From a virus (Duplodnaviria; Caudoviricetes), in the IMG/VR virus record IMGVR_UViG_3300035682_000040, positions 1 through 59,924 of that record: a stretch of 59,924 nucleotides of DNA, one strand, 5' to 3'. The notes beneath the pieces were generated by a model. The model made no database searches. It was not told the DNA's origin and saw only the letters and a program-made list of their open reading frames with translations. Below are positions 28,805 through 39,034 of the stretch, piece after piece. The translations under genes were made by a program, and so were the position numbers. Every line of letters begins with the position of its first letter. Position 1 is the stretch's first letter.

Positions 28805-29511
28805 TATTCAACTCCAATTATTTTATGGATTTGTAGGTTTAAAATATGCCCAAACTTTAAACAGCTATCTATAACAGCAGTTAGATTTTTACAGTTTTCA
28901 GTTTCATCATACGAATCTTCTGGTTGCAAATAAGTTAAACCAATAAAATCATTTCTGGGTCTAGCAACTTTAAATGAATTAACAGGAAAACCTAATACTG
29001 CATTTGGCAATCCATCATCTTCATTTACGTCATTGTGGTTAAGAACATATTTATAAGCACATGCTTCTATTTCTATACGTTCATTAATTTTTATGGTCTT
29101 TGGTGAACAAACAATATAACAACCATGTCTAGCAAATATATTAGTAGCCCAAAATCTATCGGTTGGTACTATACTTCCATTTGTTTCAACTTGAACATAA
29201 AAGTCTTCTTCAACTAAAAGTCTTAACAACGTAGCAAGATTTTGTCTAAAAGGTTCACCACCAGTAATAACAACTAAACCTTTCTTTTGCCAATCCTGAA
29301 CAATTTTTACAATTACTTCAGGTTTTAAAGAAGTTCTGTGAGTAGTGTAATCTGTATCACAATTTGGACATTGTAGATTACAACCAGCTAGACGAATAAA
29401 CACACAAGGCGTACCAGAAAAAGGTCCTTCACCTTGGATTGTTTTAAATATTGAATGTACTTCTAATAGGGAATTATCTGAACGATGTTCAGATTTTTGA
29501 TTATTTTTCAT
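28804..29511 (-). CDS. queE: 7-carboxy-7-deazaguanine synthase (radical SAM)
   Basis: F.TIQGEG, RLAGCNLQCPNCDT, ITGGEP, ETNG, SPK, LQ.HK. Confidence 0.95.
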   Translation of the reverse strand: MKNNQKSEHRSDNSLLEVHSIFKTIQGEGPFSGTPCVFIRLAGCNLQCPNCDTDYTTHRTSLKPEVIVKIVQDWQKKGLVVITGGEPFRQNLATLLRLLVEEDFYVQVETNGSIVPTDRFWATNIFARHGCYIVCSPKTIKINERIEIEACAYKYVLNHNDVNEDDGLPNAVLGFPVNSFKVARPRNDFIGLTYLQPEDSYDETENCKNLTAVIDSCLKFGHILNLQIHKIIGVE

Positions 29512-29551
29512 TTTAAGCCTTGTGTTTTCTTAAACAGGGAGAACAAAACTT

Positions 29552-29577
29552 TAGGGGACTAAAATATTAATCCCCTA
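29552..29577 (-). terminator. Hairpin downstream of the 168-aa gene
   Basis: TAGGGGA-N12-TCCCCTA. Confidence 0.4.
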
Positions 29578-29582
29578 TATGA

Positions 29583-30089
29583 TTATTTTGATTGAGTTAA
29601 ACCATAGAATTTTTTATAAGCCCATAGTTCAGGTGATAAATTTGAAGGATTAATAAAAGCTTCAACTCCATTTTTATCAATATAGGTAGGTGCAGTTACA
29701 GCTTTTAAATCTGAAATTTTACAAACTTCACCTTTCTCATTTGAAATTGAAGTAATTAAAATCCAAATAGCTAATGCTGAAGTATGTTCTGAAGGAAGTT
29801 TTATACCATTTTTAGAAATTCTTTCAGGTTTAGGTGCATTTTTAATAGCTAACTTTTCAGCTTTAGCAGATTCTTTTTCAAAAGCTTTAAGAGCTTTTTC
29901 ATCCAGTTTAGCTTGTTTGGCAGCAATACGTTCTTCATCTTTTTTAACTTTTTCAGCAAATTTAGCAGCTTCTTTAACTGACTTTTCTTTAACTTTTTCT
30001 TCAGCCAATGCAGTTTTTAAATCAACACAACCTTCTAGTTCGTCAATACCTTCTTGCATTAAATCTAAATTTTCTTGATCTTGTGACAT
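29583..30089 (-). CDS. K/E/A-rich protein with a putative C-terminal DNA-binding domain
   Basis: Charged helical N-half; NGIKLP...IW...IN..N...E...YKKFYG C-domain; has its own promoter. Confidence 0.6.
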   Translation of the reverse strand: MSQDQENLDLMQEGIDELEGCVDLKTALAEEKVKEKSVKEAAKFAEKVKKDEERIAAKQAKLDEKALKAFEKESAKAEKLAIKNAPKPERISKNGIKLPSEHTSALAIWILITSISNEKGEVCKISDLKAVTAPTYIDKNGVEAFINPSNLSPELWAYKKFYGLTQSK

Positions 30090-30137
30090 TATTATTATCC
30101 TATTTGGTTTAGTGTGGTTGTTTTTTACAGCACGGTT

Positions 30138-30172
30138 AGTATATTTTACCTAATACTTAATTGCAAGCGTTA
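30138..30172 (-). promoter_or_regulatory. sigma70-type promoter with TAACGCTTGCAA box; heads the regulator-que-dpdA-pol unit
   Basis: TTGCAA-N17-TATACT. Confidence 0.75.
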
Positions 30173-30185
30173 TTTTAACTTATTT

Positions 30186-31859
30186 TTAAAAGGGGAATTC
30201 ATTTATATCAAAATGTACGGAACCTCCAGTTAAAGGAATAGTGTCATCATATTCTACCCATTTAACTTCTTTTTCAAAAATTACTTCTACTATTTCAGGG
30301 TACTTCTTATTAGTCCAAACTTTAATATGACTTGGTTTTCTTAATGAATCTATCAAATACATTGCGGATAAAATAGTATCAGGTGATCTAGAATCAGCCC
30401 TTGATTTCCACCATATATTAGCTTTATTCTTTGCATAACCCTCATGCTCTATACAAATATATTCGCTAAAGATTTTTAGGTTACTATAGTAACTAACTTT
30501 TAAACTAGGCTTAGAACCTGCTTTGATATGTTGTGCATAAGTAATATGGTCTACTTTAAATAGTTCTATTAACGGTAAATCACCTTTTATAAGTTCATGC
30601 GTTCCAGCCTCAGTATTAATTTTGACAATCATTGTAAATTCAGCATCACAATAGGTACAATTCCTTGCACTGGCATGGTTATAACAACTACAGCTATTAC
30701 ATAGCTTAACTGGTGCAGTACCAGCCTTGTCACCTTTTCTTTTTGGTATCAGAGGGTCATTAATAGGTCCTAAACGTCTAGTATTACCAGCAAAATCTAA
30801 AACTAAACAATTTTCTTTACCAGTTTCAGGACTAGGTCGAGTTCCCCTACCTAATAATTGTACCCACAAATTAATAGAAGTAGTTGGTCTTAATACTATG
30901 ATTAAATCAATAGCTTTATGATTAAAGCCAGTAGTAAGGACGTTATTATTAACAACGGCTCGGAGTTTCCCAGATTTAAAATCTTCAATATATTCATCAC
31001 GTTGTTTAGCCCCTATTTTAGAGTGAATTGCTTTACATTCAATTCCTAGCTCGGTTAATATTTCTGCAATGTGGTCACAATGTTCAATCCCTGAACCAAA
31101 AATTAGCCAATGCTTTCTATCATGGGCTAACTCCATTGATTCTTTTAAAGCTTCAAAAGTAATCTCATATTTGTCTACTGCTATTTGTAAATCTCCTTTA
31201 GCATAATCACCATCACTTCCTAACTTAACACCAGTAGTATCCAGTATTAAATTAGTTTGTTTTGGTATTAAAGGAGCCATATAGCCTTCTGCAATCAAAC
31301 GATTGAATGAGTGCATATCCGTAATATCATAGCAAAAATCAGTAAAAATACCATCTTCTGTTATTTTGCCATGCCCCATTCTATAAGGGGTGGCTGTAAA
31401 GCCTATAACTTTTAAATAAGGATTGAAAGCCTTTAATGCACCAAGAAATTTCTTGTACATTGTTTCATCATTAGGATTAACTAAATGAGCTTCGTCTATA
31501 ATGATAATATCCACTTTACCAAACTTAGCAAAGTCCTTATGAATGGAAGCAATACCAGCAAAAATAATTCTTTTATCATAATCTCTTTGATTAAGCGCAG
31601 CGGAATTAATACCTGCCGGAGCAGTAGACCACATACCTAATAACTCTTTAAAGTTTTGTACAATCAATTCTTTTACATGGGTAAGAACTAAAACCTTTTG
31701 GTGTGGATAACGGTAAAAGGCTCTCATTAAAAACATTGAAATACATACAGATTTTCCGCAACCCGTTGGTATAGCACAAACAGGATTACCTGTATGATCT
31801 TCAAAGTAATTAAATAAAGCATCATTACATTCTAATTGATAATAACGAGGTTCAATCAT
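30186..31859 (-). CDS. SF2 DNA helicase (RadD/YejH-like) with C-terminal Zn ribbon
   Basis: PTGCGKS, DEAH, TATPYR, LTTGF, Q..GRG.R, CxxC...CxxC. Confidence 0.92.
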   Translation of the reverse strand: MIEPRYYQLECNDALFNYFEDHTGNPVCAIPTGCGKSVCISMFLMRAFYRYPHQKVLVLTHVKELIVQNFKELLGMWSTAPAGINSAALNQRDYDKRIIFAGIASIHKDFAKFGKVDIIIIDEAHLVNPNDETMYKKFLGALKAFNPYLKVIGFTATPYRMGHGKITEDGIFTDFCYDITDMHSFNRLIAEGYMAPLIPKQTNLILDTTGVKLGSDGDYAKGDLQIAVDKYEITFEALKESMELAHDRKHWLIFGSGIEHCDHIAEILTELGIECKAIHSKIGAKQRDEYIEDFKSGKLRAVVNNNVLTTGFNHKAIDLIIVLRPTTSINLWVQLLGRGTRPSPETGKENCLVLDFAGNTRRLGPINDPLIPKRKGDKAGTAPVKLCNSCSCYNHASARNCTYCDAEFTMIVKINTEAGTHELIKGDLPLIELFKVDHITYAQHIKAGSKPSLKVSYYSNLKIFSEYICIEHEGYAKNKANIWWKSRADSRSPDTILSAMYLIDSLRKPSHIKVWTNKKYPEIVEVIFEKEVKWVEYDDTIPLTGGSVHFDINEFPF

Positions 31860-32755
31860 GCAATTCTCGAATAGGTATTACATCCTTTAAGTTGTAATTC
31901 TTTAGATATTAATTCACCAGTAAATGTACATAACCATTCTGCATTATCCATAGGTTTTGAAAATGAGCAAGTACGGCAGTTATAATCTGGTTCACTGTTA
32001 AGATGACATACTGGTTTGTGGTCACAAAATCTACATTTATAGTATCCAGGACTACTACTTATTTTGTTAGGTGGTTCTGTTGAAAATACTAATTCAGTTC
32101 CTAAATCTAAATGGCTACTAGCGATTTCTTTATTAGCCACAATAATCTCAGCATACAATTTATCTGTATTTTTATTTACTGCCATATAAAGCCCGACTGG
32201 AATATTCATTTTTTCCATGTAAATATTCATCTGTACTACATGCTCAGGCTTAGTTTTTTCTACACCATCTTTTTCTAAAGCTATGAAAGATTTTTCACCA
32301 TGCGTTTTAAATTCTGCCAAAACATATTCATTAGGATAGTCAGGAATGTTAAAGACAATACCGTCACTACTGCCCCCGAAATGCCCAGAACTATGGCTAA
32401 TACGAAACTGTTTTCCGTTAGCATCTTGTTGATATACCTCACATCCGATAGTTAATAAAATTGCTATAAATCTAGCTTCTTCAAGATGTCCACGATTAAA
32501 TAAACGTAAAAGACGCCCATCATAATTAGGACGAGTAAACCATCGAAACCCGTACCAAATAGCCCGTTTACATTCTCCACCAATGAGTGAAGCTCCCATG
32601 TGACTTCTGAATGGTGTGTTATCGGGAGAATAAGCATCCCCGATATGACTAATAACTTTGCCAAGATTTTCACGATACTTTGAACCTTGATCTTCATTGA
32701 TTTTTTGCTCGATAAGAGCAAGTGTTTTGTGTGCAATATGGACATTATTGTTCAT
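31856..32755 (-). CDS. PD-(D/E)xK exonuclease, Cas4-like
   Basis: GAS.IG..C.R.IWY.FRW, G..DG, EFKT, Q...YM, CRFC...VC. Confidence 0.85.
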   Translation of the reverse strand: MNNNVHIAHKTLALIEQKINEDQGSKYRENLGKVISHIGDAYSPDNTPFRSHMGASLIGGECKRAIWYGFRWFTRPNYDGRLLRLFNRGHLEEARFIAILLTIGCEVYQQDANGKQFRISHSSGHFGGSSDGIVFNIPDYPNEYVLAEFKTHGEKSFIALEKDGVEKTKPEHVVQMNIYMEKMNIPVGLYMAVNKNTDKLYAEIIVANKEIASSHLDLGTELVFSTEPPNKISSSPGYYKCRFCDHKPVCHLNSEPDYNCRTCSFSKPMDNAEWLCTFTGELISKELQLKGCNTYSRIA

Positions 32756-32760
32756 AATAT

Positions 32761-32783
32761 AAGCCCACGTCTTAGGTGGGCTT
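32761..32783 (-). terminator. Hairpin after the SSB gene
   Basis: AAGCCCAC-GTCTTAG-GTGGGCTT. Confidence 0.55.
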
Positions 32784-32802
32784 AAACTCCTATGTTAAAG
32801 GA

Positions 32803-33477
32803 TTATTTTGTCATCCAAGCAGGTGGTTGACTTGGGTCAAATGCTGCTTCCGTAGCTGGTTCAGGAGCAGGTTGAGCAACTTGTGGAACTTCAATAGCAA
32901 CTGGTTGAGCTACAGGAGCAGGTTGCGCCCATGCTTGCGCTGGTGCAGCACCTAAAATAGCTGGTGCAATACCAGTAGCTAATGAAGTTGAAACAGGCGG
33001 TACAAATGCAGGGATTGGTTGAAGAACAGGTACAACTGGTGGCAATATAGCTACAGGTGCAACTTGTGCAACTCCTACAGTTTCATTGACATTCTTATAA
33101 GCAATAATATCATTGCTTGGTGAATAACCTTCTTGCTCAACAACCTTAACTCTGATTTTTAAAGGTATCCCATGTAATTGCTGACTATCGGATACTTGCA
33201 TAATTCCAACAGCATGTGAGATAGCTGATAATTGTGCAAGTGCAATTCTTTGTGCAATATCATTAGCATTACGAATATTCAATCTACCATAAACTGAACG
33301 ATTGATAAAATTGCCATCCACTACTTTAAATCTAAGTTTTAAAATAGCTCCGTCACCATTTTTAGTAGGTGAGATTTCGCTATTATCAATCATCACATTA
33401 TACCAACCTTCCGGTAATGGATCCATTACACCCATATCTGGTGCTACTTCTAGAGCGTTAAAATTTAATGCTGCCAT
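32803..33477 (-). CDS. Single-stranded DNA-binding protein (DUF669-like)
   Basis: PLPEGWY...I..SE, L.L.F.V.DG, L.AI.HAVG, P/A-rich tail ending PPAW. Confidence 0.8.
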   Translation of the reverse strand: MAALNFNALEVAPDMGVMDPLPEGWYNVMIDNSEISPTKNGDGAILKLRFKVVDGNFINRSVYGRLNIRNANDIAQRIALAQLSAISHAVGIMQVSDSQQLHGIPLKIRVKVVEQEGYSPSNDIIAYKNVNETVGVAQVAPVAILPPVVPVLQPIPAFVPPVSTSLATGIAPAILGAAPAQAWAQPAPVAQPVAIEVPQVAQPAPEPATEAAFDPSQPPAWMTK

Positions 33478-33546
33478 TCTAATTTCCTTTGTTACAGGTT
33501 TAAAAAAGAGTGTCTATAACACCTGATAAGCTATAGACACATTATG

Positions 33547-34386
33547 TTATCGTGTATAAACGTCAATGCCAGATACAGCATGTAACGCTTGTGCAAACGC
33601 ATTCCAACCATTAGTAGGAGGTGCTGGGATAGGTAATTCACCTATTAAACCAAAACGGTTTCCAGCAAGGTAAGCAGGGGTTCTTGAAACTGCTAATACT
33701 CTACCCTTGTTTTGTGAAATACCTCTACTTGAATTAGTTGTGGTATTTTCTATAAGGTAAAGAGGTTCATAAAGAAAACCAATAACGTCTGCCCATTGGG
33801 TAAATATTTCTCGTTTACCATAGGTTTTTTGATTCTTTGGTGAATGTAGTAGTAATTCCCAACTGTCATATTCCCCAACAGTAGGATCACTTATTTTAGC
33901 ACTAAAAACATGTGCAGTAAGGACGATATTAATTCCACCATACACAGCAAGAACATCAAGTTGTTGTAGAAATTCTTCAAATAAAGAATTTGCCATTGTG
34001 TAAGCCTTGCCATATCCACCATGAGCTGATTCCATTGTAACTGACTTATTTTTACCACCTTTACTACTTACATCCAATCTTAAAACATATTCATGTATTA
34101 ATCTTTCTAACGCAGTAACAGAATCAAACACTAATGTTTTATAAGGGAATTGACCAGATTGGGCATAAGTAATAATCTCAGTTACTAATTGTAGTACATC
34201 TTCATACTTATTCAAAATTGGAACTTTAGCTACATTTACACCAGCATAACCTACTTCCATAGGAAGCAGTAATGTATTAGGAGCATTGCAAGCTAATGTA
34301 GTCTTACCCATTTTTTCTTGTCCAGCGATAACCATACGAATACCAGAACTGGATACACCTGTGGTTATACTATTTAACATACTCAT
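33547..34386 (-). CDS. Sak4-like AAA ATPase (ssDNA annealing)
   Basis: G.EK.GKTT, TLV.DS...LE, GYGKAY, L.AH, WADVIGF, A.NRFG. Confidence 0.85.
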   Translation of the reverse strand: MSMLNSITTGVSSSGIRMVIAGQEKMGKTTLACNAPNTLLLPMEVGYAGVNVAKVPILNKYEDVLQLVTEIITYAQSGQFPYKTLVFDSVTALERLIHEYVLRLDVSSKGGKNKSVTMESAHGGYGKAYTMANSLFEEFLQQLDVLAVYGGINIVLTAHVFSAKISDPTVGEYDSWELLLHSPKNQKTYGKREIFTQWADVIGFLYEPLYLIENTTTNSSRGISQNKGRVLAVSRTPAYLAGNRFGLIGELPIPAPPTNGWNAFAQALHAVSGIDVYTR

Positions 34387-34395
34387 TTTATTTCC

Positions 34396-34683
34396 TTAAA
34401 GTTCAACGTAACTGTTTTCTAACAACGTTTCTATATACTGCCTTGCTTCAATAAAGTCAGCTTTTAATTCTGCTTTACGAAGTAGTTCCATAGCTTCAGC
34501 AATAAAGTCTTTACAAAACTGCATCTGTTCATAATACCGTTCACAACGACTATCTAATACTTCAATTTCTTTTTCATAAACAACAAGTTTATCTATTGTT
34601 TGTTCAATGAGGTCAGAAGTTTGTTGGTCAAAGTTTCCACAACTCATTCGTTCTTGTAAAGTAAAGTTACTGGGAATGTTCAT
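34396..34683 (-). CDS. Hypothetical protein
   Basis: TAATG-coupled to the ligase gene. Confidence 0.65.
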   Translation of the reverse strand: MNIPSNFTLQERMSCGNFDQQTSDLIEQTIDKLVVYEKEIEVLDSRCERYYEQMQFCKDFIAEAMELLRKAELKADFIEARQYIETLLENSYVEL

Positions 34684-35627
34684 TACATATCTTCCTCATT
34701 TCTAATTGATTGGTAAGTTGCAAATCTTGGTTTATCTTTAATACCTTTAGGAAAGAATTTAAACTTAATTGTTTTACCAAGTATTTCTTGTTGATGCCCA
34801 AAGTAATGTAATCTTTCAGTATGTGGCATATTTCCAGGACTTACAGTTATAAAATATCCTTTATTAAAAAGGATAGTACCGTTACTATCAAAAACATCAT
34901 CCTTTAATTGGCAAGTTAAACTTCCAACCATGCCATTACCAATTTTATTTTCTTGGTGGCTACTGCGAAATGATCTTCCTAATTCATTAACTTGTTTCTC
35001 ATTTAAATTTTCTTCACCTTCTACAAGTGCAGCCACAATAGCTTCAGCATCCATAAAACGCTTAACTCGAAGCAAACCGCCTTCTTTAGCAGTACTACGC
35101 CCCTGTTTATAATTGCCATGAGGATCACGAATAATCAATCCCTCATAACCTTGCATAAGCCAGTTATCTTCCCATTCATTCAATTTTTCTATACTATCAA
35201 CTATAATAAAAGGTAATACTTCTAAATGAGAACCTAATAAACTATACTTTTCTTTAATAGTAGAAATAACCTTTTCAGCCATTTGCAATCTTTTATAATA
35301 AGGTAAACTGATAGTTTCCTCAGTAATGTAATCAAAGATATGCCAAGTAGTGAAAGGAGTTCCTTCATAACTACCTAAAGCACTACTGGTATTTCTACAT
35401 AAATCAGGGTGCATTGGATAATTACCTACAATCATTTCCCCATCAAAGCCCTTAAACATAGGGTCACTAAAGAAATGATTAACAAAACGGTTCTTATGTT
35501 GCTTAAGGCTACGACCAGTAAGTTTATCTTCTAAGTACATTGCACGAACACCATCAATCTTAGGTTGTATCATACAAGGGAATTTAATTTTTTCTAAATT
35601 TGCATCTGATGCTAACATTGGTTTCAT
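34683..35627 (-). CDS. ATP-dependent DNA ligase
   Basis: KPMLA, PKIDGVR, FDGE, FD, YEGLIIR, YKQGRST, KPRF. Confidence 0.93.
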   Translation of the reverse strand: MKPMLASDANLEKIKFPCMIQPKIDGVRAMYLEDKLTGRSLKQHKNRFVNHFFSDPMFKGFDGEMIVGNYPMHPDLCRNTSSALGSYEGTPFTTWHIFDYITEETISLPYYKRLQMAEKVISTIKEKYSLLGSHLEVLPFIIVDSIEKLNEWEDNWLMQGYEGLIIRDPHGNYKQGRSTAKEGGLLRVKRFMDAEAIVAALVEGEENLNEKQVNELGRSFRSSHQENKIGNGMVGSLTCQLKDDVFDSNGTILFNKGYFITVSPGNMPHTERLHYFGHQQEILGKTIKFKFFPKGIKDKPRFATYQSIRNEEDM

Positions 35628-35629
35628 TA

Positions 35630-36046
35630 TTATTCCTCAAAACCTTGTCTTTTTGCCGATGCAGGAAGTACCACTTTCATTTGTGGTGAACCTTCCTTAA
35701 TGATTAGAAACTGGTCAACTAAATGTACTTCTTCTTCAGTTAAACAACGATATTGCTTAAGTTCAAGTTCTGGTAAAAACTTAACCATCTTATCAGGGCT
35801 AATATGAGCTTCTTCAAGTTGTTCTTTCATTGCAAGGAAAGCTGCAATATCAACTTTTCTAGTGATTGGCAAGGTTGCATTAAGAATCCAACCTTCCCCT
35901 AAATCAACTTTATTTGTACCTTCTTTTGGTGATGGGAATGCGTCTTTGAAAATTTCATTTCGTAATGAAGATTCAGCATCACGAAGTATTTTTAAATCGT
36001 CCTGCATTTTATACCATAACTCTAATTTCTTAATATTTACTGACAT
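35630..36046 (-). CDS. Conserved-looking phage protein of unknown function
   Basis: E..LR..I...F...EGTN..L pattern; GGAG RBS. Confidence 0.6.
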   Translation of the reverse strand: MSVNIKKLELWYKMQDDLKILRDAESSLRNEIFKDAFPSPKEGTNKVDLGEGWILNATLPITRKVDIAAFLAMKEQLEEAHISPDKMVKFLPELELKQYRCLTEEEVHLVDQFLIIKEGSPQMKVVLPASAKRQGFEE

Positions 36047-36101
36047 TTTCGTACTCCAGTTGGATTGGTGTGGTGGATTATTTTTATTTTTGGTACAGCT
36101 A

Positions 36102-36135
36102 ATAATAACACAACTGTTATTAATTGCAAGTGTTA
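36102..36135 (-). promoter_or_regulatory. sigma70-type promoter with TAACACTTGCAA box
   Basis: TTGCAA-N16-TATTAT with TGn extension. Confidence 0.65.
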
Positions 36136-38496
36136 TTTTATGTTACTTACATCAAGAATACGGTATGCCTTACCGTGGAAATTAAAAGCAGTAGCAGTTT
36201 CAGCAGCAGCCATTTCTACAATATAACCACTATCGCATAAAGATTTTATTGTGCTGTCTAGTGCTTTACCAGAACCATATTGATATTTTTCAAATGGTGG
36301 ACAATTACAAATCTTCATTTGTAGATATTTTCTAGAAACAATACCTAAAGTTCTCATAGACTCTATTACTTTGTAACCAGCGGACGGTTGTTCTTGTAAA
36401 TACTTTTTCATTATATTAAGTAGTTTACGTTCCCTAGCATTATCAGTAACGCCAATTTCTCCACTAGCCATTTTATTTTCCATTAAACCTATATCTCTAC
36501 GAACTGCTTTTAACGCCCAAGCTACATCTGTTTCTTGAATAACAGGGAACATAAAATTATTTCCTACAGCTAGTAAAGCAGCCATCTTTGTAACTTTTAA
36601 AGCAGCACGATTCCACATTTGTCGCCATGATTCATCTTCTGAACTATTAATTTGTGCATCACATTCTAATTCAAATTGTGCAATAATTTTTGCAGCTTCA
36701 CTAGATCGCTGAACACTTGAATTATCACCTTTATTAATTAATATAGAGCAATGAGAACATACTTCAGATAATGAATCCGATAATATTGCATCTGGTTGTC
36801 TTATTTGTTTTGTGTTCAAAGGAGGTCGCTCCCCTGAATATTCAAATAAGTTAAACCTAGATAAAAAACCATCAGACATCATACTAGGCGTTAAACATTC
36901 ATAGAAAGTTCCAGGAGTTGTTTCACCAATCATGGAATATGAGACACCAGAAATTGAAGCCACATTATTATCTTTACTAGAATAGGTTAAGCCACCCACA
37001 ATAGATTGAGGTCCAGACTTTTGGTATAAATCCGTCATAACAGTTCGTAAAGAGTGCATGGCAGTATCACGACCATCATCTTTAGCTAAACGTGTTAATT
37101 TACGTCCCCATTCTCCAGCCACATTTACAAAACTATTATTATCTATTACAGTTTTTATTAAAGCTGGACCTGAAGCAAATTCTGTAAAATTAACAAATCT
37201 CATACAAACAGGATCACGACTTGTAACGGCAGTCATTAAAGATGAAATTCCACTATGCAAAGCTTCTTTACCAATACCTGATCTAGCTATAAGTATGATA
37301 TACATATTAAGCCCAGACTGAGTGATTGAATAAGCCTTGCCACATATACCAGCCATAAGCCCTAACGCAGCTACAATAGCAACTTCCTTTACAGGTCTAG
37401 GTGCTGAACTGTATATGTAACGCGCAATTTTGCCAGTAAGTCCTGGAGGGTAATCCAATACATTAGGGTCATCAGATACTTCATCGTTATCTAAATTAAA
37501 CTTTTCTGCAAATGCAGCACTTGTAGGTTTATCATAGATTTTGTCATTAGTATTCTCAGTACTATGTAAAAACTCACTAGCTTTCTTAAAACCTTGTAAC
37601 TCCATTACTAAATCAGCAGCAATAGATATCTGACTTAAATCAGCCTGTACTGTATTTTGTTCCCTTGTTCTTATAACACGCAAAGTGTTATTAAGATAAG
37701 TGTCATTCTTTACAGCTTTTTCTCTTTGACCTAAACCACTAAGTCTAAATAAACGTCTACATTGTTCATTAGAAGGGCTATAAAAAGTAAGCATAGACAA
37801 TAAAGCTAAATCAGCTTCTGATTGTGACGGGTATCCTGTAGTATCACCTTTACACAACAGATTAAATTTATCCTTATTAGAAGCATTAATAGCCATTTCT
37901 ATAATAGCGTTATCGTCCATTTCTTGTGGTAACTCTTCCAAACCTGTCTTAACAACCTGCGGTTTCATCTGAAGCTGCATACTGTCTAAAAATGCTTGTG
38001 CATCCACAATAGGGTGATTAATTAATGTGTTCCCAGTACAAATCATATAGCGTTCTTGACTATATACTTCAACACCATCCCTACGCATACCAGAACCAAT
38101 ATTACCTTTTACCCAAATATGAATACCTTTTCCATATTTAGAATGTTCAGTATATGATTTTAGATTTTGAACTATGCTCCAATAGCGATTCAAATGTTCT
38201 TGTGTAGTCCATTTAGTACGGTCTATTGGTTGTAACTTTCGAGTTTGACTTTCCTGATCCACTACATCTAAATCAATGCAAGTAAATGGGTCATCTTTAG
38301 TTAATACATATCCAAAATTCAAATTAAGAATTTTTGAATAATGTACAGCTTCTTCAAAAGTTAATAAATAACTTGGATCAGTAACGGATATATTAAATAC
38401 GTTTGATCCGTTTGTTGATAAGGGAGCTTTATTTTCACCACTTAAAGCCCATTGCCGTCTTTCTTTTAAATCATTTGGAATTTTACTGAACGGCAT
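36133..38496 (-). CDS. Primase-polymerase fused to a helicase-like (DUF3987-type) domain
   Basis: IP..LK...QW, IDLD, SYTE.S..G.G.HIW, E.YS..RY, SQSEAD.AL; A.SG.GKE, SGPAL, DGFLSRF. Confidence 0.85.
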   Translation of the reverse strand: MPFSKIPNDLKERRQWALSGENKAPLSTNGSNVFNISVTDPSYLLTFEEAVHYSKILNLNFGYVLTKDDPFTCIDLDVVDQESQTRKLQPIDRTKWTTQEHLNRYWSIVQNLKSYTEHSKYGKGIHIWVKGNIGSGMRRDGVEVYSQERYMICTGNTLINHPIVDAQAFLDSMQLQMKPQVVKTGLEELPQEMDDNAIIEMAINASNKDKFNLLCKGDTTGYPSQSEADLALLSMLTFYSPSNEQCRRLFRLSGLGQREKAVKNDTYLNNTLRVIRTREQNTVQADLSQISIAADLVMELQGFKKASEFLHSTENTNDKIYDKPTSAAFAEKFNLDNDEVSDDPNVLDYPPGLTGKIARYIYSSAPRPVKEVAIVAALGLMAGICGKAYSITQSGLNMYIILIARSGIGKEALHSGISSLMTAVTSRDPVCMRFVNFTEFASGPALIKTVIDNNSFVNVAGEWGRKLTRLAKDDGRDTAMHSLRTVMTDLYQKSGPQSIVGGLTYSSKDNNVASISGVSYSMIGETTPGTFYECLTPSMMSDGFLSRFNLFEYSGERPPLNTKQIRQPDAILSDSLSEVCSHCSILINKGDNSSVQRSSEAAKIIAQFELECDAQINSSEDESWRQMWNRAALKVTKMAALLAVGNNFMFPVIQETDVAWALKAVRRDIGLMENKMASGEIGVTDNARERKLLNIMKKYLQEQPSAGYKVIESMRTLGIVSRKYLQMKICNCPPFEKYQYGSGKALDSTIKSLCDSGYIVEMAAAETATAFNFHGKAYRILDVSNIK

Positions 38497-38506
38497 ACCG
38501 TTTCCT

Positions 38507-38734
38507 TTATTTTTCTAAACCACGTCTCTTATTGAGGTTTTTTTGTAATTCTTTTAACAATGGTAATAAAGGTTCCCTTTCCCATATTGTTAATTGGATT
38601 CCTGGAACTTCAATAGCATTGGGAAGTTTACCGTTATTTTTCCATGAAACTATAGTAGCTCTCGGGATATTTAACTGTTTGCAAATTTCACCAGACGTTA
38701 TATACTTAGTATTAAATACTTCTAAATGACTCAT
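38507..38734 (-). CDS. HTH DNA-binding protein (excisionase/AlpA-like)
   Basis: YIT..EIC..L.I.RATI..W...GKLP. Confidence 0.7.
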   Translation of the reverse strand: MSHLEVFNTKYITSGEICKQLNIPRATIVSWKNNGKLPNAIEVPGIQLTIWEREPLLPLLKELQKNLNKRRGLEK

Positions 38735-38763
38735 TATAATTTTCCTATTTTGAAAAGCGTTAC

Positions 38764-38798
38764 AGTTTAATAGGATTAAATTGTAATTGCAAGTGTTA
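38764..38798 (-). promoter_or_regulatory. sigma70-type promoter with TAACACTTGCAA box
   Basis: TTGCAA-N17-TAAACT. Confidence 0.7.
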
Positions 38799-38802
38799 CT
38801 TT

Positions 38803-39033
38803 TTAATCTATTGTATTCTTTTTTAAGCCATTTTTAAATAAGAAATCATTAATGGTACGTTTACAATCTACAATAGTAAATTCCCTAATCCAATCCCTAC
38901 CATTATCTAAGATTTGATACCATTCAATATCCTCTTTTTTAGGTCTTTTAGGTACAACAGTTCCGTTTTTATCTAACTTCCAATCACCACATATACCGTA
39001 TGAAGGAATTATCTCAAAGCCTTTATATTTCAT
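38803..39033 (-). CDS. Hypothetical protein
   Basis: ORF in the early gene run. Confidence 0.65.
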   Translation of the reverse strand: MKYKGFEIIPSYGICGDWKLDKNGTVVPKRPKKEDIEWYQILDNGRDWIREFTIVDCKRTINDFLFKNGLKKNTID

Positions 39034-39034
39034 A

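Noticed and set aside
25154-29511. Queuosine tRNA-modification auxiliary metabolic genes
   Set aside because: The TGT-like gene has DpdA-type features and lies in the replication operon; no queA/queG or tRNA genes were seen, so DNA modification is the better reading.
31856-32755. Cas4-like nuclease as evidence of a CRISPR system
   Set aside because: No repeat-spacer array or other cas genes; it sits in a standard Sak4-SSB-exonuclease-helicase module.
38507-38734. Excisionase implying a temperate integration module
   Set aside because: No integrase, att-like context or CI/Cro pair identified anywhere in the genome.
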